Shown here: one piece after another, positions 11,226-24,139 of the stretch
Position numbering within the stretch: position 1 is the first letter of the stretch
How the letters are laid out: the number at the start of each line of letters is the position of its first letter
NCBI GenBank assembly: GCA_009859145.1
Contig: VRVR01000010.1
Coordinates: 161,330-225,329 of the forward strand
Direction of reading: 5' to 3'
DNA: 64,000 bases
From: Andalucia godoyi And28
Lineage: Eukaryota; Protista; Jakobida
Translations under genes and position numbers: made by a program
Notes under the pieces: model-generated
Seen by the model: the letters and a program-made list of their open reading frames with translations, nothing else
What the model was told of the DNA's origin: nothing
The model's database searches: none

Positions 11226-13202
11226 ATGGACAAGCTTCAACCGGACAGCTTTGTTCGCAGTGACTTGTTAGTAGAACAGTATCCACCGTCTGCTCCGGCT
11301 ACCACGGATGCAGAGCTCGGGAAACTGGGGGGAGGAGAGTCGCAGCAACAGGCTGGTGAGGCAACTGAGACAGACATTGATCTCTTTCTGAGACATCCAC
11401 GGCTGTTTGATTTTGCTCATAGAAAGTTCCTGTCCATCGCCAATCCACTTGGGTATCTTGCGGCGTCACGAAAAGTGGTCTTGTCTCAATTCAAAGAAGA
11501 TGACTTTTACCCGTGGCATAGATCTGCTCTGCTGCTAAAACGATGCTCGGGAGTATCGCCCACGCTCGCTCGGGCACGCGCTGTGATTCTAGGAAGCCCC
11601 GAAGTGCAGGATGCATTGATGCGCTGGTGGCACTTTGTCAGTGGTTACTCCCCCAAACTTCCTTCTGACATTCCACGGGCTTCGTTCTTCTACATGTACA
11701 ATTCTCTGTACCGCGTGATTTCGCAGCAGCGTGATTACATGTTTGATGCGACGGAGAGCGCAATGCTAGACTTCCCGCTGTCATTAAATCCGTCGGTTGT
11801 GAAGCTACCGCCGATTTATCAGCTGTTGCTGGAAATCGTGGACAATGTGACCGTGTCTACGCAGCCATCTGAATGGGCTAAATGCTTATTGCTACTTCTC
11901 GAATGTATAGAGTCTGTAGATGTATCCACGTGGATCGACGTCCAAGCGAGCAGCGACAATCATCCTTTTTTGAGTGCAAAGAGCGTTTCTGGTACAATGA
12001 TGGCACTGCAGAAGGATCCGCAACCGAGTGTCGTGGACACTCTGAGCTCATCTCTGGTTTCCGATGTTGTCCCGGAAGATGATCTCAAAGTATCTGTCTT
12101 GTCGATTGCTCTCGAAGAAATGCTAATGTTTGAACGAAGACCGTCTTTGCTGGTGAAAGAAGACAGGGAAGCTATCGCAGATGCGTCCGACGACCTTGCG
12201 TTCCACGATCTTGGAGCTAGAATTATCGTTCGGAAGAACCAGTTTGAGCGTAGAGTTGCAGAAAATGCAGCGGCGAACGGCCCCAATAGGATCATCAAGG
12301 AAAAGTTTCGAAGAGAGCGGCGGAATCGACATCGACGCAGGATTGGAGGAGCGGGAAAGGGGTATGCTTCATCGGATTTGAGAAAATCGACACGGAGGGA
12401 AATGTCGGACGACGAAATGTCGGACGGTGACGATCTGGATTCGAAAGACGACGGGTCGGATGCAGAGGAAGACAATGAGTCGACGGAAGATGCTGGGAAT
12501 AGCAGTCACGAATTCGACGAGCTGCGCGCTTTGCTCAGCGGAAAGTTCCGATCCTCATGGAAACGGACGAATTCACGGACGATCGAAGACCTTGAAAAGG
12601 ATCGAAAGCGTCTCGGAGGTCTCTTTCTTGGGTCATCCTCTCCAACATCGAATGCGGCGGTAGAACGGTCACCGTCGAAACCTTCCGAGTCCTGGCAGAA
12701 GCACAATGAGGTCAACTCGCTTCAACAACTCCATTTTGCAATGCTCCAGCAAAAACTTGACACTGAAAAACAGCAAAATTCGATATTTGCAGCATGTGGG
12801 GCAACGCCGAGAACACGCAATCGCAGCTCCACGGATGTTTCGTCTGCAGCATTCGAAGGACTAGCGCTCGGCACCAAACCGAGTACTATCCACTCGATTC
12901 TGCATTCTTCGCATCCAGATTGTGGTGATTTGCATAGCATCCTCCACATACCCAAACCTTCGGCATCCATGTCTCCGCAGGCACAACGCTCGAGCGCAAC
13001 AAAGTCTCCCTGTCGCTCTACTCCTTTCTGCCGGTCGATTCGAACGTCGAATATCCAATGCAGAACGCCCTCGCCTGGTCCCAATTCGTCTCGGCCGCCC
13101 TCAGCGGCTGTCCGTTTTCCTCCTCTGAAGCCCTTTGCAAACACTCCTCGAATCCGATCTCCGATCGCTGAATTTGCAGCTCCGAAGACCGCAAGGTTCT
13201 AA
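11226..13202 (+). CDS. Hypothetical protein, 658 aa, with a helical (possibly degenerate EF-hand-like) middle and a disordered acidic/Ser-Pro tail
   Basis: Uninterrupted ORF. The segment EVQDALMRWW...FFYMYNSLYR...LLEIVDNVT...EWAKCLLLL recalls EF-hand-like protist proteins; this is a weak recollection. Confidence 0.65.
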   Translation: MDKLQPDSFVRSDLLVEQYPPSAPATTDAELGKLGGGESQQQAGEATETDIDLFLRHPRLFDFAHRKFLSIANPLGYLAASRKVVLSQFKEDDFYPWHRSALLLKRCSGVSPTLARARAVILGSPEVQDALMRWWHFVSGYSPKLPSDIPRASFFYMYNSLYRVISQQRDYMFDATESAMLDFPLSLNPSVVKLPPIYQLLLEIVDNVTVSTQPSEWAKCLLLLLECIESVDVSTWIDVQASSDNHPFLSAKSVSGTMMALQKDPQPSVVDTLSSSLVSDVVPEDDLKVSVLSIALEEMLMFERRPSLLVKEDREAIADASDDLAFHDLGARIIVRKNQFERRVAENAAANGPNRIIKEKFRRERRNRHRRRIGGAGKGYASSDLRKSTRREMSDDEMSDGDDLDSKDDGSDAEEDNESTEDAGNSSHEFDELRALLSGKFRSSWKRTNSRTIEDLEKDRKRLGGLFLGSSSPTSNAAVERSPSKPSESWQKHNEVNSLQQLHFAMLQQKLDTEKQQNSIFAACGATPRTRNRSSTDVSSAAFEGLALGTKPSTIHSILHSSHPDCGDLHSILHIPKPSASMSPQAQRSSATKSPCRSTPFCRSIRTSNIQCRTPSPGPNSSRPPSAAVRFPPLKPFANTPRIRSPIAEFAAPKTARF

Positions 13203-13340
13203 GTGCACCCGAAGGATTGCAATGCAGTACCCCATTACGCAATACAATATCTTTATTCTGCTTCTTTTCTCAGGTTCACACGATACCCAAAATAGACTGA
13301 CCCACGGATGAGAGAGCGACGGCAAGAAGAGACGATGGTG

Positions 13341-14405
13341 TTAGTTATCCTGGAGCAAGCCTTCCCCTCGCCCCTCGACAATCTCCGAATCCTTATGAAA
13401 CAGGTGGGTGAAGAACGAGTTTTCGGGAGTGAGTCGCGAGTACTGCGCTCGAGCAGCATCTCGCTTTTGTTTCTCGAGTCCGTAGAAAATGTCAGCCTTC
13501 ACCTTGTCTTCTGCAGTCACCTTTTCTCCATCAAGCACCGCGATGGTACGGATTCTGTACAAAATATCCAAAGTGTATCGCGTCAGTTCAAATGTAAACG
13601 GATTATTCGACAGAGACAACTCTTTCAGCAAGGGAAGGTTGCTCAGTGGACCTGCTGCTGCATCCAGCTTTTCAATGGCGTTCGACGACAGGTCAACAAT
13701 CTGGAGTTTCGGACACGCAACGATGCCATCGAGTTTCTTAATTCCATTATTGTTCAGCCTTAGTTCGCATAGCGTATTTGCCAAAGGCTCCAAATTCTCC
13801 ACAACCTCGATCCGGTTTTGGCTCAGATTAAGCCTTCTGAGCATGGCAAGCCCGCCCAAGTTTGCAATCTTTGTGATTTCATTGTTGGACAAGTCGAGTG
13901 TGACGAGCATTCGAAGATGCGATAGCCCAGTAATAGACTGGATGCAATTGTGTGCAACTGAAAGATACTCCAAGCTCGACCCATACTCCTCCGATACTTC
14001 GTTCATGTGCAAAATCTGGTTATGACTGAAATCTGCATGCACGAGGCGGTACGGCGCAGGAAACCCAAGAATCCGCCGAAGGCTGTTGTTCGACACATCG
14101 ATTGTTCGCAACGAAGAAAGCCCGGTAATCGTCCCAATGTCGTCCAATCCGGAATTTCCAGTTAGCATCAGCTTCGTGATCTGGGGGAAGTTGGACAGCT
14201 GCGATAGCTCAGACTTTGGCACCCCTTGATTCTCCACAATCAGCGTTGATTTCGCAAAAAACGTCCCGTCTGCAGACAATACTGGCTCCGAAAGATTGTC
14301 CAAAATCCACGCTGGAAACGGCGGTTGCTGCTCAGCACTCGGATCTGACGACGCCGGCGCTTGCTTCACAGGCGATCCGCTCTCAAGCACACCCTGTGCA
14401 CTCAT
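13341..14405 (-). CDS. SDS22-type leucine-rich repeat protein, LRGUK/LRRC23-like, probably axonemal, 354 aa
   Basis: About 9 LxxLxLxxNxI repeats plus the LRR cap LSLSNNPF...LDGEKVTAEDKVKA. ATG 14405; the upstream ORF extension is AT-rich non-coding DNA. Confidence 0.8.
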   Translation of the reverse strand: MSAQGVLESGSPVKQAPASSDPSAEQQPPFPAWILDNLSEPVLSADGTFFAKSTLIVENQGVPKSELSQLSNFPQITKLMLTGNSGLDDIGTITGLSSLRTIDVSNNSLRRILGFPAPYRLVHADFSHNQILHMNEVSEEYGSSLEYLSVAHNCIQSITGLSHLRMLVTLDLSNNEITKIANLGGLAMLRRLNLSQNRIEVVENLEPLANTLCELRLNNNGIKKLDGIVACPKLQIVDLSSNAIEKLDAAAGPLSNLPLLKELSLSNNPFTFELTRYTLDILYRIRTIAVLDGEKVTAEDKVKADIFYGLEKQKRDAARAQYSRLTPENSFFTHLFHKDSEIVEGRGEGLLQDN

Positions 14406-14888
14406 TCTCGAAAAATAATAAATACACACACTGTCGGAGAATTGATAATAATTCGAATATTTACATATGAAAAAAACCATATGTACATAACAGTAATAAT
14501 AATAACAGTAATGTTTTAAAAACCCTAGAAACAGCAAGGCAACGAGTTTTCCGTTTGGAGGTCGAAATCCCTCAACTGGCATCAACTGCATGTGTCGCAC
14601 AGCCTCAAAAAAACGCCACTGTAGTTAACGTGGAGGGATTATGGTGATGGTTGGGAGCCTATTTAAATGCGCTTTTGCGTCTGGGAAATTTTTGATTGAT
14701 GAGTGCAAAGTGTGGCAGATATTTTTATTGCTTTATATATCATTCTGCTCGCATCCGCACGAACTCCCCCCCGCGTGCTACTGAAAGAAAGAAAAACGTG
14801 AAATTTATCAAGCGGAAGGACGGTGGGAAGGGAGGGGGAGAAAAAAAGTCCCACATATTTGAGAAAAGAAGGAGGGACAACATCAAAC

Positions 14889-17438
14889 ATGCAGTCTCAT
14901 TTCCGTGCTTCTTCCCACAGTTCTGTTTCTGTTCAAAACATCAGAGCCAGAGCATCGTTGCTTCCTTTGATTTCACAGTCCTCTGCAACGAACCCTCTTC
15001 CTTTTGCTTCTCATCCTCCTCATCCTCCTCAGTCCTCTTCCGCTTCACAATCAGCGTCATCATCATCGTCGTCGTCTCATTCTCTGGCCTCCATATCCCC
15101 AAGCATCTCGACCGCTACTTTCCCTTCCTTATCTTCTGCAGCGGCAACTTCATCGATATCCGCCGTCCATACGAACAGTGACATTGACCCTGGCGCAAGT
15201 TCATTGTTATCCATCAGAAGTGTACATTCCATTCAAACAAACAGCGGCGCAGCGGCGGCTTCTTCAACAACAGTAACAACTCAGGCAAACCTGCTTCCAA
15301 AACCAGTTTCCCCAACACCGTTTGACATGCAGTCCGTTCACGATGCATTGGCTCGCAATGCCGGAAATCTCGGAAATTCGGAAAACAGCTCGATAGGATT
15401 TTCGTCGACGACGGCTGCGACAAACAATAATGGCCAGTGGTCAAGACTGATTCCTCGAGGAGCCGGGATGCAGAGACGCGGTGCGATAGCTCCCGTTCCC
15501 GTTCCCGTCCCAGTCCCAGTCAGTTCTGTACCATCATCCTCGACCCCATCTTATGCGCCTGGCCCTTCTGTTTCTGCCAGTCTTTCACACTCTGCCATCA
15601 ATTCGAATTCAGCATCATCTGTTTCCACGAATTCAAACTCGTCTCTAGAAACAGGCTTTTTTGATATTGATGCAAACAGGGATACGTCACTGGACACTGT
15701 CCGCAGAGGGCCGTCGACACTTCGACATAGCGAACACGCTGGAGGGCTGATAAGAAACCACATCGGTGGCCAGCGCAGTCGCTCCTCGCTTTCGTCGCTT
15801 CTTCGAAGAAGCTCAGGGTCTCCTGCGTCTCCGTGCACAATAACACCCGCGGGAAGATTCGTCTCGTCGGGTCAGAGCATTCAAACAGTGATTCATCGCC
15901 TTGTTTCGGAGGCATCGGCTGCGGCTGCGCGAGGTGATCTGGATGACGCACTCGCGTGCTACGATGAAGCAATCTGCATTTCGCCTCGAACAGCGTCCTT
16001 GTACTGTCATCGTTCTTCCGTGTACTTTCAAAAGGGAGACTTCCAGCAGTCGCTGGAGGATGCTCTGGAAGCTGTCCAGTTGCAGCCGTCTCTTGCAAAG
16101 GCCTATTTTCGCCTCGGTCGTGCTTGCTACGCTTTCGGTCGGGAGCGCGACGCAATTCGCGGTCTTGAAGTTGCGTGCAAGCTTGAGTCCAAGAACCAAG
16201 ACTATGCTCAACTGCTTTCGAGCATGAAGAGCACATGCATTGCACCGGCGACTCCAGTTGCGAAGAACCCTTTTGGAATTCTGAAGCTGCCCATTCGGGT
16301 GGATCCCATTGAATACCGATTTGTGGTCAATGTTCATGCCGATGGATGTATCGTGACTGTCGATGACGCGCTATTCGGGATATCCGTTTCGCAAGATGGC
16401 CATTCTCTGAGTGTGGCACGCGACGTCGTGCACGTCGAGGTCTGGGAAAAGATAATTTCAAACGAAGATGGATGTGCGAATGTGTCGGCTGTTTCCGTCG
16501 ATCCTGCCATCATGAAAACACGGCCGATCATGGAACAGAAGATTGGTCGGGCTTCGTTTCTTCGTGTTGACGTCACGTTCGCTCCAGGAGATATGGAGGG
16601 AACCCTTGTCCTGTATTGGCTTCGAGAGTCTGGGAAATTTGTGGGTTGGAATGTCGAGTGGCAACATTACGATGGCATGTCATGGATGCACTCGGACGAG
16701 CACCTTGCAGAGGCATTGGTGAATGAACCCAAGAGCCGTTTGCAGTCTCTGAACCTGCCGTTTGCCTGCGAAGATGTTCCTCAGGATTGCGTAGCCAGAA
16801 TGCAGAAGCTGGTGAACATTCGCGGATCCCGGCTGTGTCTGGAGAAGCACTCCTGTCGAGAAGTCGTTTTGCGGCACGGCTTCGGAATTACATCGAGAGT
16901 GCTGAACGAGCTCGCAGAAGTTTCGGCTCCTCTCATGTCGTTCGACCATCGACAGTGGATCCATGCGACCTCTTCCAATCCCATGGAAGATTTCTACACA
17001 AACACAGACCGCGCCTTTTCACTGGACCATCTCCATCGCAGCCTGCACTCAGTGGCTGGAATCTCTTGCACCGATGATCAGACCGTCTGCACGGGCGTCG
17101 GGTACATTCTTCCGGGAAACGACGATGGGCCAGGACAATTTGTTTCCTGTGATGGTGCCAGTGCGCGCATTAATATTGCGCAGGTTCTTATGCAGCCGTT
17201 GCACGCTGCTGTTGTTTCTCCGATCTCCCTGCCCGAGCATGGCAATTCACCGGTGCGACGACGCACTGCAGGAGCTCGAAAGCGTCTCGAAAGCGACCCT
17301 TCCAGCACCGTCCAGCACAAGGCACACTCGGACCAGTTGCTGCTTGTTGCAGCTCATTTTGGAGAGCGAGGAGTCTTTTGCGGAACTTGGGGAGGTCCCA
17401 ATGGCGTGTTTTACGGCGCCTCTTGCGGTCTGGGATGA
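14889..17438 (+). CDS. TPR-repeat protein with a Ser-rich disordered N-terminus and unassigned C-terminal domains, 849 aa
   Basis: Three TPRs at about 15900-16230 (ALACYDEAICISP, LYCHRSSVYFQKGDFQQSLEDALEAVQLQP, KAYFRLGRACY). Confidence 0.8.
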   Translation: MQSHFRASSHSSVSVQNIRARASLLPLISQSSATNPLPFASHPPHPPQSSSASQSASSSSSSSHSLASISPSISTATFPSLSSAAATSSISAVHTNSDIDPGASSLLSIRSVHSIQTNSGAAAASSTTVTTQANLLPKPVSPTPFDMQSVHDALARNAGNLGNSENSSIGFSSTTAATNNNGQWSRLIPRGAGMQRRGAIAPVPVPVPVPVSSVPSSSTPSYAPGPSVSASLSHSAINSNSASSVSTNSNSSLETGFFDIDANRDTSLDTVRRGPSTLRHSEHAGGLIRNHIGGQRSRSSLSSLLRRSSGSPASPCTITPAGRFVSSGQSIQTVIHRLVSEASAAAARGDLDDALACYDEAICISPRTASLYCHRSSVYFQKGDFQQSLEDALEAVQLQPSLAKAYFRLGRACYAFGRERDAIRGLEVACKLESKNQDYAQLLSSMKSTCIAPATPVAKNPFGILKLPIRVDPIEYRFVVNVHADGCIVTVDDALFGISVSQDGHSLSVARDVVHVEVWEKIISNEDGCANVSAVSVDPAIMKTRPIMEQKIGRASFLRVDVTFAPGDMEGTLVLYWLRESGKFVGWNVEWQHYDGMSWMHSDEHLAEALVNEPKSRLQSLNLPFACEDVPQDCVARMQKLVNIRGSRLCLEKHSCREVVLRHGFGITSRVLNELAEVSAPLMSFDHRQWIHATSSNPMEDFYTNTDRAFSLDHLHRSLHSVAGISCTDDQTVCTGVGYILPGNDDGPGQFVSCDGASARINIAQVLMQPLHAAVVSPISLPEHGNSPVRRRTAGARKRLESDPSSTVQHKAHSDQLLLVAAHFGERGVFCGTWGGPNGVFYGASCGLG

Positions 17439-17763
17439 GAATTCTCAGTAACATCTTCTTCGGAATATAATAACAGAGTACCTCATTATTTGAGTGTGCA
17501 TATGACTGTTTGTCTGCCTGCCTATGTGAAGTTAGTGCGTGCGTGTCTGTACAAAAGAAAAACAAGAATGCTTTCGATTTTGAATGGAATGCTTTGATAA
17601 TACAGGACAAGATAAATGATTCTTTGCTTGCTTGAGTTTCCTTTTGGCTGGTTCTGGAAAAAAAAAACGAAACAGTTCATGTACGTGCTCTGGTGCTCTG
17701 GAGAGGAGGAGCGTCTGCGCAGGTGCACCCACTCCACCCCAGACTGCAAATGTGTTTCTTGTT

Positions 17764-19338
<1,575 letters not shown>

Positions 19339-19783
19339 TTAAAGAGTAAAAAACACTCGATTTCAGCTGAAGACAGGAATGACAAAAGGCCCAAATGGTG
19401 CATAACCCTTCAATTTCTTTTGCCAAAAAACAAAAAACAAAAAAATATATATAACAATGCAATTCGAGGGTTGCCGAGATAGGGGAGGGACGGGTCAAGC
19501 CGCACTCATTACAGCAGTTTTGAAATCGCTCGCAGCTGCTTTCGTGAGTTTGGGACACATTTGCAGGACTATAGAAGGAACACTCCAAGCAGTCCAGATC
19601 GGCGAAACTGTTTCTCTCGACTTTCTCTGCTTCTTCTTCCCTTTCTTTTCTGTGTGTTTTTGTGATTTCTGAACTTTATGTTTCCTTCCTAGATTTTAGC
19701 AGTTCTCTGCAAGCACCACTCAAAGAATACAAAAGAGAAAATCGTCCTCAACAAAGAACAAGAACAAGAACAAGAGAATCAAA

Positions 19784-21937
19784 ATGCTACTAAAATCAGC
19801 AAAAACAAAGACAGAGTCTTCGGATGCATCTTCACCTTCGGCAGGGCCACGAGACGCATCTGCCTCGTCCGTTGGCGCTTTGGCAACTCACCCTCCTTCT
19901 GAAGAACCAGCTAGCAAGCGGCGCAGAACAGTCACCAAGGTCGTGGATCAGCCATATTCAGATGTTCACGCTTTAGAAGCCGAGGGAGGAAGTGCCGCCG
20001 CTGCTGTGGCTTGTCCCGAGGCGGTTCATGCAGGCAAGGAGACTGTTACTCCTGCTGAAGCATCGATGAAAGAAACCGGAGATTTGAAAGGCGTAAGCCA
20101 GAAAAGGAAGAGCACTTCGTTTGCGGTAGAGATAAAGAAAAGTGCGTTCACTGCAAGTGACAAGGACCACGGTCCAGGTCCCGCTTCAAACAGCAGCGAA
20201 TCTCTGAGCGATTCGACGGAAGAAGAACAGCAGGAACGAGAAGAAACGGTGTCGGAACAGCCGCGGACTGGTGGTCGGGAAGAGGATGGTGAAGAGGATG
20301 AAGCAGAGAAGGATGGTAATTTCAGTGAACACAAATCAGTGCGAATTTTCGCAGCAAAGAAATCCTCCAAGAACGGAGCTACAGCAACAGCAACAGCAAC
20401 GACGACAATGACGAAAAAAAAGGAACAGGGGTTCGAATCGCAGCAGATGCATGACGAGGCAGCAGGCTCTGCGGCTGTTTCGGCTTCTCCGCATGGAGAA
20501 GAGGCTGGAAATGGAAATGAGAGCCAGGATTTGGACGATGCTTTGCAGAACTCGCTGGGAGTATCTTGTGAGCGATGTCGCCAGATGCACAAGAAGTGCG
20601 ACAAGTCAGGTCCGCCGTGCAGCCGTTGTCGACTGTCCAATGAAAACTGCGTGTACGTTGGAAAGCCACCCGGGAGACCTTCTCGAAAGATTTCGGCCCC
20701 ACATACAGGAGGTATGCGGTTTGATCCGTCGTCGTCGTTTACGATCAAGAATTCTGCGGTACGAAGCGGAGGGAATGGTAGCAGTCGTCAGGAATCCTCG
20801 AGACTGTTTGATCAACAGCAGTATTCAACCTTCTTCACCCCATTTGAACCACTTCACCAGCTTAATGCTTCAGGCCCATTCGATGGGCAAAGAAAGATCT
20901 TGCACTTAGCGACATCCGAGGAAGACGGAGACAAGAAGTTCGGAATTGGAGATGCAGACGTTGCATTAGCAAAGCGCGCCGCAGATCAGATGATGAGTAT
21001 GTATTCTGCCACTCATCCGTCTGCTCTGGGAATGCATCTTGGAATGGGAATGCAGTTTCCTCTGCCAGGAACAGGGATGCTCTCCAGTGGTAACATTCCA
21101 AACTCTTCCGTTTTCGGCGTGCTGAACTCAAATACGAGTCATGGAGGGACTCCTGGAAGTCTTCCGCAGCAGCAGCAACAACAACAGCAGCAGCAGCAAG
21201 ATCCGTCAGGACAAATGCAGGCAGTGAATCTTTCTTCGTCGACATCGACGTCAGCACCAACCGCAAACTCTTCTTCGTACGGTTCTCATGCAAACGGGAT
21301 TGCAACTGGGACCTGGCCTTTTCTCCCACAGGCAGCGTTCGGACAGTATCCGCAAGCAGCAGCGTTCCACCAGATCTTTTCTCAAAATGGAGGCTTTTTA
21401 CCAAATGCAGCGTTTCCAGATATGAGCATGGGAATGGGAATGGGGATGAACTTGAATGGTACAAGTCCAATGGCGCTTCTGCAAAACCACAGTTCTACCA
21501 TGCCGATCGCTCCTGCAGTTAGCCGGCCTGGAGTGCTGAATCTGGCAACCTATGTTCGGCCGCCTTTGCAAGACAGCCAGTCCAGCGGGCTAGGAGGTCC
21601 AAAAGTGAGCAACCTCAGTCAAAGTAATAGTATCGTCGTTGCTCCGTGGACTGTTCCATCTAATAATCAGACCTCTGACGGAGGAGACGCTGCACAAAAC
21701 CTTCTGGATCCGGCGTCGTCTTCTCTCGCAGCGAGAGCAACACATGATTCTGAGGCTCGAAAATGCTGGATGGCTATGGGCATTTTGCAGTCCGCTTTCC
21801 AGACCAGACTTTCCTCCATTCCTCTGCAAAATCTAGTGGAACTCAGCAAACTCTTGGAGTCCGCTTGCAAGTCAGTGACCTGTCTCCCGAACCAAGAGCA
21901 AGAAGCCACTGCCACTCCCTCTTCGCAATCCACGTAA
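19784..21937 (+). CDS. Zn(II)2Cys6 binuclear-cluster transcription factor, 717 aa
   Basis: CERCRQMHKKCDKSGPPCSRCRLSNENCVY at 20567-20656, flanked by acidic and polyQ low-complexity regions. Confidence 0.85.
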   Translation: MLLKSAKTKTESSDASSPSAGPRDASASSVGALATHPPSEEPASKRRRTVTKVVDQPYSDVHALEAEGGSAAAAVACPEAVHAGKETVTPAEASMKETGDLKGVSQKRKSTSFAVEIKKSAFTASDKDHGPGPASNSSESLSDSTEEEQQEREETVSEQPRTGGREEDGEEDEAEKDGNFSEHKSVRIFAAKKSSKNGATATATATTTMTKKKEQGFESQQMHDEAAGSAAVSASPHGEEAGNGNESQDLDDALQNSLGVSCERCRQMHKKCDKSGPPCSRCRLSNENCVYVGKPPGRPSRKISAPHTGGMRFDPSSSFTIKNSAVRSGGNGSSRQESSRLFDQQQYSTFFTPFEPLHQLNASGPFDGQRKILHLATSEEDGDKKFGIGDADVALAKRAADQMMSMYSATHPSALGMHLGMGMQFPLPGTGMLSSGNIPNSSVFGVLNSNTSHGGTPGSLPQQQQQQQQQQQDPSGQMQAVNLSSSTSTSAPTANSSSYGSHANGIATGTWPFLPQAAFGQYPQAAAFHQIFSQNGGFLPNAAFPDMSMGMGMGMNLNGTSPMALLQNHSSTMPIAPAVSRPGVLNLATYVRPPLQDSQSSGLGGPKVSNLSQSNSIVVAPWTVPSNNQTSDGGDAAQNLLDPASSSLAARATHDSEARKCWMAMGILQSAFQTRLSSIPLQNLVELSKLLESACKSVTCLPNQEQEATATPSSQST

Positions 21938-22380
21938 GCGAATACAATGGCCTGATTACTCTTTCGAACGATCCCTTTCTACGTCTAGTTGTTGTTCATT
22001 CTGCTTCCCTATTTGCGTTTTATATATTTTTATTTAATACTCTTTCCCTTCCCAGAATCAGTGTCAACCATCGGAAAACCCGTTGTAGATAGTTCCCGCT
22101 CGTCCATCGATCGATCCAATGCATCCCACTGCAGAAGCCCTAAAGACAGCTTAAGGCCTTAACCCTCCTCAGGTTTTTGTTTTCTGGCTTTTTATTGTTT
22201 GGCCTTATGCATCACCACTACCTCCAGTCGGACTTCCAATGCACGTTTTCCGTCTCTTTGTTTAAAATGTTCGATCTTCATTCGTTGTAGAAAGGTATTT
22301 TGTTCTCCATTCTTATTGTTATTGTTGTTGCTGCTGCTGCTGCTGTTGTTTTCTTGTCTTTTGTACGTTTGGAGGAAAAG

Positions 22381-23697
22381 ATGGCGTCGTACGGTGAAGA
22401 TCTTGCAGACTACAACGACCTTGAAGACGCAGGTAAGCTGCCGATCGCGACTGCGGCGTCTGGCGCAACGACAGGCTCGGCAGCTGCACCTACGGCCTCT
22501 GCATCTCATGTTGGTGCGTTTTCTTCTGGGTTCCGTGACTTTTTCTTGCGCCCGGAACTGCACCGTGCGATTGTGGATGCTGGATTTGAGTTTCCGTCAG
22601 AGGTGCAGCATCAGTGCATTCCGAAAGCAGTACTTGGAACTGACATTTTGTGCCAGGCAAAGTCTGGAATGGGAAAGACTGCAGTGTTTGTGCTTGCGAT
22701 CCTCCATCAGCTTGATCTTTCTTCGCTTGCTGAAAAGGGAACTCAGGCGCTGGTCCTTGTGCATACTCGCGAGCTTGCATACCAGATTAACTCGGAGTTT
22801 GAGCGGTTTAGAAAGCACATGCCCGGTGTTACGTCTGTTGTTTTCTATGGAGGTACCCCCGTCAAGCAGAACTTGGCTGTTCTGGCCAAGGACAAGCAGC
22901 AGCCAACCGTGGTTGTGGGAACTCCAGGGCGAGTAATGGATCTTTTGAGTCGCAAAGACGGTCTCAAAGTGGACAACGTGCGCTTCTTTGTTCTGGACGA
23001 GTGCGACCGCTTGCTGGATGAGGTCGACATGCGAAACATGGTTCAGCAGATCTACGCAAAGCTGCCAAAGACAAAGCAAGTAATGATGCTTTCCGCAACA
23101 CTATCAAAGGAAACCGCCGAGACTGCAAAGCGGTTCATGCACAATCCGTGGACTGTGCTCATTGATGACCAGTCAAACCTTACTCTCCATGGTCTTCAGC
23201 AGTACTATGCAAAGGTCGAGGAAGCTGCAAAGACTCAGAAGCTCATGGATCTGCTGGACGAACTCGAGTTCAACCAGGTCGTCATCTTTGTAAAGTCGAT
23301 TGACCGGTGCAAGATGCTTACCAAGTTGCTCAACTCGGTCACGTTCCCGGCCGTCTCGATCCATTCGGACCTTTCTCAGCACGAGCGTATCAAGCGCTAC
23401 CAGGAATTCAAGGATTTCAAGCACAGAATCGTCGTCTCAACTGACTTGATTGCTCGTGGAATCGATGTCGAACGCGTGAACATCGTTTTCAACTTTGACA
23501 TGCCAAACTCCGACGACACCTATCTTCACAGAGTCGGTCGTGCTGGACGCTTTGGTACGAAGGGCCTTGCAATTTCGCTGGTTTCAAGCAAGGAAGACGA
23601 AGAGGTTCTCATGAAGGTACAGGCCCGGTTCGAAGTCCAAATCCAGGAACTCCCTCCAAACGGAAAGGTCGATCCTGCTTCGTATATGGCCATCTAG
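22381..23697 (+). CDS. DDX39B: DECD-box RNA helicase UAP56/Sub2, 438 aa
   Basis: GFRDFFLRPEL, PSEVQHQCIP, AKSGMGKT, LDECD, LHGLQQYY and YLHRVGRAGRFGTKGLAI. Confidence 0.96.
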   Translation: MASYGEDLADYNDLEDAGKLPIATAASGATTGSAAAPTASASHVGAFSSGFRDFFLRPELHRAIVDAGFEFPSEVQHQCIPKAVLGTDILCQAKSGMGKTAVFVLAILHQLDLSSLAEKGTQALVLVHTRELAYQINSEFERFRKHMPGVTSVVFYGGTPVKQNLAVLAKDKQQPTVVVGTPGRVMDLLSRKDGLKVDNVRFFVLDECDRLLDEVDMRNMVQQIYAKLPKTKQVMMLSATLSKETAETAKRFMHNPWTVLIDDQSNLTLHGLQQYYAKVEEAAKTQKLMDLLDELEFNQVVIFVKSIDRCKMLTKLLNSVTFPAVSIHSDLSQHERIKRYQEFKDFKHRIVVSTDLIARGIDVERVNIVFNFDMPNSDDTYLHRVGRAGRFGTKGLAISLVSSKEDEEVLMKVQARFEVQIQELPPNGKVDPASYMAI

Positions 23698-24139
23698 TCG
23701 AAGATGTTTTCCATCCGTCTACCAACCCGTTGTTCCTCATTCTCCTTCCTTTCTTTTTTTCTTTTCTTTTCTTTTTTTCTTTTTTGTTTTGTGGCTGTGC
23801 TTTTTTCTTTGGCCAAACCTATTTCATACCCCATCCATCCATACTATTGCTAATGCTGCTGCTGTTTGCTGCTGCTATTCCACGGTATTCCATTCCATAT
23901 CTGTTCTTCTTGTTGTGCTTCCAAAACGAAAGCACCAAAAGAAGAGAGAAATTAAAAAGAAATAAAAAGATTGAAAATCCTGGACTTTATCCTTTTGTGT
24001 GCGTGAAAAAAAGAAAAAGAGAAGAACGTTTCGAATGTCTCTTATCAAATATATATTTCGATAAGAATGGAACGATCTGTTCTTCTCTTTTCTTTTTTTG
24101 TTTTTGTTTTGTTTGCTTTGTTTTGTGAAAACAAACGAT

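Noticed and set aside
22151-22162. TTAAGGCCTTAA palindrome as a piggyBac footprint
   Set aside because: An isolated 12-bp palindrome with no element sequence nearby.
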